From an uncultured Chloroflexia bacterium (lineage in GTDB: Bacteria > Chloroflexota > Limnocylindria > Limnocylindrales > CSP1-4), in contig CAVTQU010000008.1 of the NCBI GenBank assembly GCA_963736895.1, forward strand, positions 324,345 through 388,344: 64,000 bases of DNA. The letters run 5' to 3'. A program made the translations under genes and the position numbers. This document shows, piece after piece, positions 51,157 through 59,669 of this stretch. Within the stretch, counting starts at the first letter, position 1; every line of letters starts with the position of its first letter. The notes beneath the pieces are model-generated. The model was given only the letters and a program-made list of their open reading frames with translations. It was not told the origin of the DNA and ran no database searches.

Positions 51157-51947
51157 CGGGCTGTGGCGCTGGCCGCCGCTGCGTCCTGGATCAGCTGCGT
51201 GAGCTGGGCCACCGAAGGGACGCCAGCCACCTTTCGGCCGTTGATGATCAAGGTTGGCGTGGAGTCGACGCCTGCGGCGACTGCCTGCTGGGTCTCGCTT
51301 CGCGCGGCCGCCTGTTGCTGGCCGGTCGCGAGGCATGCGTCGTACGCGTCCACGTTCAGATCAGCGCCCTGGGCGATGGCGCGCAGTCGATCCTTGGCGA
51401 ACGCGCCGTCGTTCTCGCCGTTCCAGTTGGCGAAGATCCAGTCGTGCATCTGCCAGAACAGTCCCTGGTCCGCGGCACACCGGGCTCCTGCGGCCGCTTC
51501 GACCAATTCGTCGTATGCCGGGTTGGTTCCGCGCTGGCCCTGGAACGCGGCGTCGCGATAGACGAGCCGCGCCGTGCCATCAGCGACGAGGGTCGAGATG
51601 ATCGCGGGCTCGACCTCGGTCGCAAGGTGGCGGCAGGCCGGGCACTGGAAGTCGGACCAGATCTCGACCGTCACCGGCGCTGAGGCCGAGCCCAGGCTTC
51701 GACCGTCAGCCAACGCCACGGGCACCCGACCAACGGGCGGCGTCAGCTCGGCCTGGAGAGGCGCCTGCCGCGGTTGAGCCAGACCAAAGGCCACGACAAC
51801 AACGCCGACTACCAGCGCGCCAGCCGTGAGCAACACCATCGGCGAGCGCCAGGCCGGAGTGCGGTTTGCTGCCGGATCCGCGCTGTCGAGCGCGCTTCTC
51901 GTTGCGGTCGAGCCGACGATCTTCGCGATCGCGCTGTCTCCGCTCAT
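51153..51947 (-). CDS. DsbA-family thiol:disulfide oxidoreductase (membrane-anchored)
   Basis: TM anchor, then VEIWSDFQCPACRHL (CPAC active site) and a thioredoxin fold. A stronger SD+ATG at about 51978-51981 lies in another frame, so the 5' end may carry an indel. Confidence 0.8.
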   Translation of the reverse strand: MSGDSAIAKIVGSTATRSALDSADPAANRTPAWRSPMVLLTAGALVVGVVVVAFGLAQPRQAPLQAELTPPVGRVPVALADGRSLGSASAPVTVEIWSDFQCPACRHLATEVEPAIISTLVADGTARLVYRDAAFQGQRGTNPAYDELVEAAAGARCAADQGLFWQMHDWIFANWNGENDGAFAKDRLRAIAQGADLNVDAYDACLATGQQQAAARSETQQAVAAGVDSTPTLIINGRKVAGVPSVAQLTQLIQDAAAASATAR

Positions 51948-52059
51948 GACGCGTCATTGCGCCTTCAGCGCGTGTCATCAAGCATCCTCCGAACTAGACG
52001 TACCGGACACAGCCCGGCACTTTCCCGTCAACTCAGGATGCCGATCGCCCCAAGAATTA

Positions 52060-52104
52060 GGACCTGTCAGTCAGCACGAATCGGCGGTCCGTTCGGCCCT
52101 TGAG
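52060..52104. repeat. copy A of a conserved ~45-nt intergenic element
   Basis: GGACCTGTCAGTCAGCACGAATCGGCGGTCCGTTCGGCCCTTGAG differs from copy B (57183..57228) at 3 substitutions plus one 1-nt indel. It contains a 6-2-6 palindrome (GGtCCG-TT-CGGCCC). Confidence 0.7.
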
Positions 52105-52141
52105 CCGGTCCTACACGCGGCAGCGCGGGACCTTATGGAAC

Positions 52142-54742
52142 CTATGCAGCGGCTGCGCGCGCCTCGTCCTTGACCTCGCGGACGAAGAGCACCGAGCACT
52201 TGGCGTGAAGCATCACGTTGCGTGCAACGCTGCCCACGATCGTCCTCGTCAGGCCGGTGCTTCCGTGCGTCCCGACCACGATCAGGTCAGCCTGGTGTTC
52301 CTCTGCGGTGTGGATCAATGCGGCGGCCGGAGAACCTGTCACGACGTGGGACGATGCGCTGAGACCGGCTTCCTTGAGCCTGCCAGTCGCCGCGTCGGCG
52401 AAGCCGCGCATTTCGGCAACGATGGGCTGCTTGATGTCCTCCATCTCGGCGCCCGGCGGTTCATAGAAGCCAATCGCCAGGCCGGCCGTCCACGGCAATG
52501 CCACCTGCGCCACGCTGGTCGCCTCGATCGCCACCTTCTCGAAGATGGGCCACGCTTCCACGACGCTCTCGGCCGTCCTGGCGAATCCGGATCCGTCCAC
52601 ACCGAGGACAACTCGGGTCAAACCGGTCGACCGGGCGACGAGAACAGGGCAATGGGCATGGTCCGCGACTTCCGCGCTGACTGACCCGAGGATCATCGAT
52701 GCGATTGTCCCGTGACCGCGGCTGCCGATGACGATCATGTCGGCCGAGAAATCTTCCGCTGCCTCGACGATTCTCGTGGCAGGTCGTCCCCACAACACGC
52801 AGTTGTCCAGGTCGAGCCCGCTTCGAGCCAGCTGGCGCGTGGCCTCTCGGACTATCGCCTGCGCGGACCGCATTGCTTCGCCTTCGGCCGGATCGTCTGC
52901 CTCGCTGAGAGGCATCGACCAGTCGGCGGCGACCAACGGCTCGTATGGCGGTGTGACCGTCACAACGCGCAACCGCGTCTCTTCCGGCCAGGTAATGGAG
53001 GCACACAGGTCGACGGCACGTTCGGCCGCTTCAGATCCGTCAACTGCCAACAAAACTCGGAGCTTCATGTCGAACTCGCTTTCTCCGCCGGCTGACTGGC
53101 CGGCCATCTCCTGAAGTGCCCGCCAGTTGGTCAACCGCTCGGCGTTGGTTGCAAGCAGCTCCGGGCTCGGTTGGCCCGCCTGGTCGAAATGGGCGGCGAA
53201 ACGAGACTCGGTCCGAGCAAACGCAACGAAATCGGTGGTCGATCCATCGGCCGCGACAAACCAGTCGTTTCGAAGCGCCGGGTTGCCCTGCAGCGAAAGT
53301 CGCTCGGCGACCGTTGCCCCGCGCCGCGGGTCGTAGGTGAACAACGGGAAGGCTCGCGAGTCGACTGCGAGGCGCGACTGGGCCGATGAAGCGTCGTCGG
53401 CGATCCCGTGTTCCGGCTGGCAGGGCGTGTAGACGATGACCACTGCAGGGCCGGGATATTCGTTCGCGTCCATCACCGCGCGATAGAAGTGGTTGATGTG
53501 AGCTGTCGTGGTCTGTGCCACATACACATCCCCGTGGGCAATGGCGATCCGGCCCAGCTCCTTGCGGTTTTCGGTCCGTCCATGGAGCTGCTTGCCGTAC
53601 GCCGATAGCTTGGTGATCTGGCCGCCAAAGCTGGCCGTGGATGACTGGCCGCCCGTATTCGAATAGGCCTGCGTGTCAAGCACCATGACCTTGATGTCGG
53701 TCCCGGATGCAAGCATCCGCGAGAGCGCCTGAAGGCCGATGTCATACATCGCGCCGTCGCCACCGATTGCCCAGAGGCGCCGATCGGCGTGCCCTGCCTG
53801 ATCCCACCGGGCACGGATGCCCATCGCGTCGGTGGCGGCGTTTTCGAACAGCGAGTTCGTCCACGGAACCAGGTAGGGGTTGTAGGGATAGGTGCTGCCG
53901 TAGACAGTGTTGCAGCCCGTGGCCGCCACGATGCCCATCGAATCGGGACCGTGGATCTGGCGCGTCGCCGCCACGAGCATCCGCAACGCAGTTGCCTCGC
54001 CGCATCCCGAGCACGACCCGGCGCCGCCGACGTATCCGATCGCCGACTCGCCGAGCATCAGGTCGGCCAGGGCCTTGTCGTTGCGGTACTCAGCGGGCGT
54101 GGGCGGAAGCGAGCGCAGGAAGGCCGTGTCACGTCGGTAGGCATCGACGGTTGACAGTGCGCCGGCTGTCTCCGGCTGCTTGTCGATCATCACCAGGGCG
54201 TCATGTCCCAGGTGGGCACACACCTCGACACATTCACCGCAGCCCTTGCAATGGGCTGGATCCACGAAGATGCCGAAGTCGGCCGGCTCCAGGCCGCGCC
54301 GCTCGGGGACCGTCGCATATTTCTGGGTCGCCACGAAGCGCGCCCTGAGTGAGCTGCGCGGCCGTGTCGGCTCAGCATCGGCCGCGGCGAACGCATCGAT
54401 GCGCTCGCCCAGCGATGCCCGCGGCTGGGCCGTGGCAAGGATTGCCGTGTCGGGGCATGCGTTGACGCACGCCATGCAGCCGACGCACGCGTCGGCGATG
54501 AACTGCGGAATCTGGGGCGCCAGGGAGCTGAAGTCGCGCGTGGCGGCGGTTCCCGGCGGGATGATGCTGCGACCAAGCCCGGCGTCGGCCGGTCTGCCCA
54601 GGTCGGCCGTCCCGGAGCGATAGGCCGGCACGACGGTCGCCCCGAAATCCTCGACGTATGCGTGCACGTCGAAGACCGGCAGCGTGCGGTCGAGATCGAG
54701 CTCGCTGACGAAGTGGTCAGCCATCGGTCGGCCTGTGTGCAA
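52142..54742 (-). CDS. 2-oxoacid (pyruvate):ferredoxin oxidoreductase delta+beta-like subunit, in frame with a tandem universal stress protein (Usp) module
   Basis: 53069..54724: 2x[4Fe-4S] ferredoxin motifs (CVGCMACVNACP, CKGCGECVEVC) plus a TPP-binding beta domain (GGDGAMYDIGLQAL, VLDTQAYSNTGGQ). 52142..53068: MKLRVLLAVDGSE.. followed by two UspA domains (308 aa). No stop separates them in the sequence as given. The probable start is ATG 54724. Confidence 0.8.
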   Translation of the reverse strand: MHTGRPMADHFVSELDLDRTLPVFDVHAYVEDFGATVVPAYRSGTADLGRPADAGLGRSIIPPGTAATRDFSSLAPQIPQFIADACVGCMACVNACPDTAILATAQPRASLGERIDAFAAADAEPTRPRSSLRARFVATQKYATVPERRGLEPADFGIFVDPAHCKGCGECVEVCAHLGHDALVMIDKQPETAGALSTVDAYRRDTAFLRSLPPTPAEYRNDKALADLMLGESAIGYVGGAGSCSGCGEATALRMLVAATRQIHGPDSMGIVAATGCNTVYGSTYPYNPYLVPWTNSLFENAATDAMGIRARWDQAGHADRRLWAIGGDGAMYDIGLQALSRMLASGTDIKVMVLDTQAYSNTGGQSSTASFGGQITKLSAYGKQLHGRTENRKELGRIAIAHGDVYVAQTTTAHINHFYRAVMDANEYPGPAVVIVYTPCQPEHGIADDASSAQSRLAVDSRAFPLFTYDPRRGATVAERLSLQGNPALRNDWFVAADGSTTDFVAFARTESRFAAHFDQAGQPSPELLATNAERLTNWRALQEMAGQSAGGESEFDMKLRVLLAVDGSEAAERAVDLCASITWPEETRLRVVTVTPPYEPLVAADWSMPLSEADDPAEGEAMRSAQAIVREATRQLARSGLDLDNCVLWGRPATRIVEAAEDFSADMIVIGSRGHGTIASMILGSVSAEVADHAHCPVLVARSTGLTRVVLGVDGSGFARTAESVVEAWPIFEKVAIEATSVAQVALPWTAGLAIGFYEPPGAEMEDIKQPIVAEMRGFADAATGRLKEAGLSASSHVVTGSPAAALIHTAEEHQADLIVVGTHGSTGLTRTIVGSVARNVMLHAKCSVLFVREVKDEARAAAA

Positions 54743-55208
54743 GGGCGCGCACGAGGTCGCTGGTCGAGATGATGCCCACCGGCCTCACCTGGTCCTCGTC
54801 GACCACCACGAGGCGGTGCACGTGTGCTCGCTCCATGACCTGCGCTGCCTCGCCCATGGCCATCTGGGCATCGGCGGTGACCACGGGGGAGTGCATCAGA
54901 TGCCGAACGCGAAGTCCCGGCCAGCGATGCCACAGGTGCTCTGTTGCCCGGGCCCGCACAACATCCGTCTCGCTGATCATGCCCACCAGGACGCCGTCCC
55001 CGTCGACGACTGGTAGCCCGCTGATTTCGTGCTCCTCCATCAAACGGATGGAATCGCTGAGCATCGCGCTCTCCAGGACCGTGATCGGATCGGGCGTCAT
55101 CAGCTCGCCGACCGTCACGGGCGGGTCGTCGTACTCAGCGGCGAACGCGTCCGGGCTGGCGTGTAGGCGGATGTACTTCTTTGGCTCTTTCACGTTTGAC
55201 TCTTTCAC
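54717..55208 (-). CDS. CBS-pair domain protein
   Basis: Two CBS motifs (VGELMTPDPITV..ISGLPVVD.., VRHLMHSPVVTA..VHRLVVVD..). GTG 55208 overlaps the PFOR alpha/gamma stop (GTGA). Its 3' end overlaps the next start by 8 nt. Confidence 0.85.
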   Translation of the reverse strand: MKESNVKEPKKYIRLHASPDAFAAEYDDPPVTVGELMTPDPITVLESAMLSDSIRLMEEHEISGLPVVDGDGVLVGMISETDVVRARATEHLWHRWPGLRVRHLMHSPVVTADAQMAMGEAAQVMERAHVHRLVVVDEDQVRPVGIISTSDLVRALAHRPTDG

Positions 55209-57151
55209 GCCGCCACCTCACTCCTTTGCGATTCGGCACGTACCGCGCCGGTCACGTCGATCAACTCTTCGTACGCCGCACGGATGAGAGCCAGATTGGC
55301 CTCCACGATCGCCTCGCCGCGTTTCCCGACGGACTTCTGGAGCGGGCCGCGAACCGCCTTCATCAGGTCATCGATCTCCATGGACCGACGTGCCACGATC
55401 GGCGCCACGCGCAGGAACACTCCCACGAGTGCGGCGCCCTGCATCCGTCGTGCAAGGGACGGCTCGGGAGCAAATCGTTCGGCCAGGGCGAGTGTGTCGA
55501 GCGCGACGACGTTGATCTCCCGGCTGATGATCTCGGCCCGAGCCGAAGCGGGAATCGTGGCCCAGATCGATTCCGGCTCAACGAGCGTGCTGTGGACGAA
55601 CAGCGTGCCCCCGTCCACCAGACCGGCCAGCGGATTGCCCTGACCGAATGCCGCGACGTCGTACAGCGGCACCATCTCGACGCGGCGCAACTCGCTGTGC
55701 TGGCGGATCGGTTCCTCGGCGATGGTCAGGTAGTAGGTCGTGGGCAGGCCACGCTTCTCTGATCCGTAGCGCGGATAGGCCTGGACATACATCCCGAAGG
55801 TTTGCCCGATGACCTGCGCGAGCAGCTTGTTGACAGTGACCGAACCAAAGCCGCCCAGCGAGTGTCCGCGCAGGCTGTAGGAGCCACGCGGGCGGAGCTC
55901 GACATCGGTTGCTTTGAGAGCGAGCGGGTGCGTGACACCGAGCACGGCGTACGGCTGCTCGCGCATGCGTCGCTCGTCGCCCAGCCACTCGAACACAGCG
56001 ATCAGGTCGGAGGACGAAACGTCGCGCGAACCGAGTCCCGCCGAGGCCGAGACGACGCGCGGAATCCGCGCGCCGTCTGCGGCACGATCGGCGAGTGCGG
56101 CTTTCAGCTCGCGAGTGAGCGGGTTGACGGACGCTGCGGGTTCGTCTGTCCGCTCTACGACTGCGGCCGCACTTGCGGTGGCTAGGGTCGCTGCGAGCTG
56201 GGCGGCTGGAAATGGCCTGAACGACGTCACAGCGACGGCGCCGGCCTTGATCCCCTGGGAGCGAAGATGATCAACGACATCAAGCAGGCTGTCGGCGATG
56301 GTGCCCATGGCGACGACCACTCTCTCGGCGTCGTCGGTGCGGTAGGCCTCGATCAATCCGTAGCCGCGTCCGGTCAGCGTCTTCCACTCGGCCATCGCGT
56401 CGCCGAGAACGCCCGGGATGCGGTCGTACCAGCCGCGCTGAGCCACGCGGCCCTTCATGTATGAGTCCTGGTTCTGCACGACGCCGGTCATCAGTGCTTC
56501 CGATGGATCAAACAGGTCTCGGATCCGATCGCGAGGATCACCGACGAACTCGCGCAGCAGCTCGTCTTCGGGGAGCAGCGCGTTCTCGAGTGTGTGCGTC
56601 GTCAGGAAGCCGTCCTGCACGACCAGGAAGGGTGTCTCTGTCTGCTCAGCGACGTAGCGCGCGATCACCGTCAGGTCTGCGACTTCCTGGACGTTGCGCG
56701 CAAACAGGATGCCCCAGCCCGTGTCCGCCACACCCATCACATCGTCATGGCCGGCGTGAATGTTCAGTGCCTGGCTGGTCAGCGCACGCGCGCCTACGTG
56801 GAAAACGATCGGCAGGCGCTTGCCGCTGATGACGTACAGGACCTCCTTCATCAGGACGAGGCCCTGGCCGGCGGTGAAGTTCGTGACGCGGCCACCGGCA
56901 AGGGCGAATCCCTCGGCAGCCGATGCGGAGGAGTGCTCCGACTCAAGCTCGAGGAAGGCGAGCTCGGTGCCCCACAGGTTCGTCCGGCCGTCTGCCACCG
57001 CGCCCTGGAAGAGCGCCGCCATCGTCGTCGAGGGGGTGATCGGATAGGCGCAACAGGCCTCAGCCAGTCGCGTCTCGATGTGAGCGACAGCTTCCGACCC
57101 GTCGATCACGACGGGATGGCCGGGATACGGAATCTTGCGTGCCTTCGGCAT
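55205..57151 (-). CDS. 2-oxoacid (pyruvate):ferredoxin oxidoreductase alpha+gamma-like subunit
   Basis: Intact 648 aa with GSEAVAHIETRLAEACCAYPITPST, ELESEHSSASAAEG and a gamma-type domain (GGFGSVTVNKLLA, SEKRGLPT). Confidence 0.9.
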   Translation of the reverse strand: MPKARKIPYPGHPVVIDGSEAVAHIETRLAEACCAYPITPSTTMAALFQGAVADGRTNLWGTELAFLELESEHSSASAAEGFALAGGRVTNFTAGQGLVLMKEVLYVISGKRLPIVFHVGARALTSQALNIHAGHDDVMGVADTGWGILFARNVQEVADLTVIARYVAEQTETPFLVVQDGFLTTHTLENALLPEDELLREFVGDPRDRIRDLFDPSEALMTGVVQNQDSYMKGRVAQRGWYDRIPGVLGDAMAEWKTLTGRGYGLIEAYRTDDAERVVVAMGTIADSLLDVVDHLRSQGIKAGAVAVTSFRPFPAAQLAATLATASAAAVVERTDEPAASVNPLTRELKAALADRAADGARIPRVVSASAGLGSRDVSSSDLIAVFEWLGDERRMREQPYAVLGVTHPLALKATDVELRPRGSYSLRGHSLGGFGSVTVNKLLAQVIGQTFGMYVQAYPRYGSEKRGLPTTYYLTIAEEPIRQHSELRRVEMVPLYDVAAFGQGNPLAGLVDGGTLFVHSTLVEPESIWATIPASARAEIISREINVVALDTLALAERFAPEPSLARRMQGAALVGVFLRVAPIVARRSMEIDDLMKAVRGPLQKSVGKRGEAIVEANLALIRAAYEELIDVTGAVRAESQRSEVAA

Positions 57152-57182
57152 GGATCGAGCATGCCCCCGTCAGGGGGACTTC

Positions 57183-57228
57183 GGACCTGTCAGCCAGCAT
57201 GAATCGGCGGGCCGTTCGGCCCTTGGAG
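57183..57228. repeat. copy B of the conserved ~45-nt intergenic element
   Basis: GGACCTGTCAGCCAGCATGAATCGGCGGGCCGTTCGGCCCTTGGAG has a perfect palindrome GGGCCG-TT-CGGCCC. It lies between the stop of the receiver-like gene and the PFOR start, next to a CCCCC-GTCA-GGGGG hairpin (57165-57178). Confidence 0.7.
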
Positions 57229-57231
57229 GGA

Positions 57232-57642
57232 CTAGCTGTGGATCACCGGCGCGACGCCGACTGATGCTCGTGCCTGTTCCACGGCGGCGAGCAATGGCGG
57301 TCCCGTGGGAATGCCGACAAGTGGCACGACAGCGTGGACGCCGGACGTCTCGACCCAATCGAGCTCCGCTCCGGCGGCCGTCAGGACGATGGGAATCTCG
57401 GGATGCTGCTCGCGCAGTTGCTCGATCAGGATGCGGCCTCCGTCCGACTCGCCCGTCGACCAGGCGTCGTAGACCAGCACGTCCGCATCGTGGACGGCGG
57501 CGCACGGCAGCCCTTTCATGATCGGACAGGGACCGCAAGTCGGTCCTGCGCACTCCTGAACGACATAACCGGCACGACGCAACAATTCGGCTTGGTCATC
57601 GGCCACGTCTCGCTCGTGGTGAACGACGAGGATGCGAGTCAT
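57232..57642 (-). CDS. receiver (CheY)-like protein with degenerate phospho-acceptor pocket and a 4-Cys insert containing CGPC
   Basis: MTRILVVHHERD.. replaces the usual DD(E) acidic pair. ..VLVYDAW.. and ..IVLTAAG.. keep the beta3/beta4 pattern, but there is no conserved Lys after beta5. The insert is C31-x4-C36-G-P-C39-x7-C47. Confidence 0.6.
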   Translation of the reverse strand: MTRILVVHHERDVADDQAELLRRAGYVVQECAGPTCGPCPIMKGLPCAAVHDADVLVYDAWSTGESDGGRILIEQLREQHPEIPIVLTAAGAELDWVETSGVHAVVPLVGIPTGPPLLAAVEQARASVGVAPVIHS

Positions 57643-57696
57643 GTGGCACCTCCACTTTCGATCCTTCGCTACATCTCTGAACGTGCCTAACGATCG

Positions 57697-58188
57697 TTAG
57701 ATGCCAACGGATGTGACAGGGCCAATGGCCCTACGAATAGGTGCCATCGGCAAGGACTGGGATAGGAATGTTTCCTCACGCTCCATGTGCGCACGGAGCA
57801 GCGATTCCAGGCTGAGGAGATGTGCGCGGATCTCGCACAACAGGTCGTGCGAGACGTTGCCGTGCATCAACTGGACATCCGACTCGAGCTGTTCTGCGGC
57901 GCGTTGGATCTGGTAGTGCTCGAAGCGCATCATCTTGGTCGACCAGTCCGTGTGCGTAATCCGCTCAACCTCCGGGTAGGCGACCAGATCCTCCCAGGCT
58001 GCATGGGGTTGGATCGTCCTCATGAACCAATCGCTGATCCTCTGCAGACCCACGATGACCTGTCCAGCCGAACTCGAACCAACGGAGTCGGCCACCACGT
58101 GGATCTCGTCGACACCCCGTCGCATCTCGCGATGCTCCTGCCTTGCGAACCAGAACTCTGATCCGGCTACATCAGCCATCTCGACCAT
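57697..58188 (-). CDS. hemerythrin-like (HHE cation-binding) domain protein
   Basis: AAGGAG plus 7 nt plus ATG 58188 (MVEMADVAGSEFWFARQEHREMRRG..). His/Glu pattern: QEHREM, PHAAWED, FEHYQ, HDLLCEIRAH, HMEREE. Confidence 0.7.
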   Translation of the reverse strand: MVEMADVAGSEFWFARQEHREMRRGVDEIHVVADSVGSSSAGQVIVGLQRISDWFMRTIQPHAAWEDLVAYPEVERITHTDWSTKMMRFEHYQIQRAAEQLESDVQLMHGNVSHDLLCEIRAHLLSLESLLRAHMEREETFLSQSLPMAPIRRAIGPVTSVGI

Positions 58189-58223
58189 CGCCCATCTCCT
58201 TGTGCTTGCCGAACCGGCGGAAA

Positions 58224-58794
58224 TCAGAGTGTGCTGAGCTGCTCCGCGAGCTTCCGCCCCGCCATCTCCTCGGCGGCGTAACCCGCTTGCAGGCGGCGAT
58301 TGCTCCGAGCGAAGGACGGACATCAGGTGCGGCGAAACGGTGTCTATGGGCGACGCCCGTCGATACGTATCGAGGGTTCGCCACAGGAAGGCCGCGTACA
58401 GCGACAGCGGGCTGAGCGAGTCAGCGAGTTGTCTTACCGAGTTGTCTCCCGCCGCCGCTCTGAGGACCGCGAGGAAACCGCTCACATTGGCGGCCAGTGG
58501 ATCAGCCGGCCCTGAGTGACCTCCAAGCGACAGGATCGGGGCATCTGAACGAAAGAGTGCCGCGTGGACGTCTAGGTCGCGCGACACGGCCACGACGCCG
58601 CCGAACGAAACAAACGTGTTCGTCGCTCTGACCCGGTCGACGATCCGAACCGGTCCCCACGAATACCTGGGACCGGCAAGATTCATCGGCCAGACGAGCT
58701 CGGTTGGCTCTGCGCGACCGTCGTCCAGCGTCCAATACTCGATTCGCTCAGCATCGAAATGTGCCTTCGTGGGGTGCGGCCGCAGGGCGACCAT
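58224..58794 (-). pseudogene. hypothetical protein, one frame change near the 3' end
   Basis: The body is in the ORF 57697..58875 frame (MVALRPHPTKAHFDAERIEYWTLDDG..FVSFGGVVAVSRDLD..). A plausible C-terminus (..RRLQAGYAAEEMAGRKLAEQLSTL*, TGA 58224) is in the +1 frame. I do not recognise the family. Confidence 0.35.
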
Positions 58795-59209
58795 CAGGTA
58801 GGCGGCGCCTGCTGTCGAGCGGCGGACCGGGAACGAGCAGGAACCCGAGATCAGCCAGCAGGGCCTGAGCGGCATCTCCGTCCAGGTCCGAGCCGGCAGG
58901 GTTGGCCGCGGGCTCGCACGGAGCCGGCGCGCCGAGGCAGCGTGTGCACAGTCATCGCTGGTCCAACCTCACGCTGATGTTCATAGAGAGCCCCTTTTCG
59001 CAAATCGTCGCGAGTTGGCACGCGATAGAAACGGCCATTAGGCGAGGACAGTTGGGGCCGAAAGTCACAATCGCGCGAACGGTCGAGCCACATTTCGTGC
59101 GTAGTTGAGCCGTTCGGCAGATGCATTCGAGACGTCGAACTGACGAACATTTCACTCGCCTGGTCCCGCCATATCCAATGACGCAGCCGCGGACCGGAAG
59201 GAGGCATCA

Positions 59210-59612
59210 ATGACCAAGTCGAGTTGTCAGCCGTCTCTTCGTGGGCGGCGTAGTTGCGGTGGTCGCGGGACTGTTCCTGGCCCTCGTGGCTGTGCTCATG
59301 GCCTTCGCGAGTGGCACGTTCACGGTGAGTGGCACGGAAGTGACCGGCGTCCAGCCCACGCCGCAGGCGTGGACATTCATCACTCTCGCTCTGATCGGCG
59401 TGGTCAGCCTGATCGGCGGCGCGATCGCTCAGCTCGTGGCGTGGATCGGTGCGCTGCTCAACACCGCGCTGCTCGTCGACAAGACGTGGTTCATCCTGCT
59501 GCTCGTTCTCGGTCTGCTGAGCTTCGGCTTCATCGCGATGCTCGTGTACGTGATCGCCGGCCCCGACGGAACGAAGCCCTACATCCAGCGCAATCAGCCC
59601 GTCTATACCTAG
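59210..59612 (+). pseudogene. small 3-4 TM membrane protein (hypothetical), frame change just after the start
   Basis: GGAAGGAGG plus 5 nt plus ATG 59210 is in a different frame from ORF 59241..59612 (GGVVAVVAGLFLALVAVLMAF..WFILLLVLGLLSFGFIAMLVYVIAG). The ORF-track alternative is GTG 59241. Confidence 0.5.
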
Positions 59613-59669
59613 GCGTCGCGGCAGCCCTGAAACAGCCATAGACAACTCCGGGAATGGGGGCGCGGCGGG

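Noticed and set aside
57697-58875. 392-aa single ORF (unknown domain plus hemerythrin)
   Set aside because: The upstream protein has a plausible C-terminus and TGA (58224) in the +1 frame. AAGGAG plus ATG 58188 starts exactly at the hemerythrin domain. The continuity is therefore probably an artefact of a frame change.
59109-59118. GCCGTTCGGC core of the 45-nt element recurring in the 58.9-59.2 kb intergenic region (and CCGAACGG at 48230-48237)
   Set aside because: Only the 8-10-nt palindromic core matches and the flanks do not align. A GC-rich 8-mer is expected several times by chance (it also occurs inside coding sequence near 20725).
58952-59155. Cys-rich 67-aa ORF (minus) and 43-68-aa ORF (plus) in the lower-GC intergenic region 58.9-59.2 kb
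   Set aside because: There is no SD, no recognisable motif, and the two candidates overlap each other. This is not enough evidence for a small protein or toxin-antitoxin pair.
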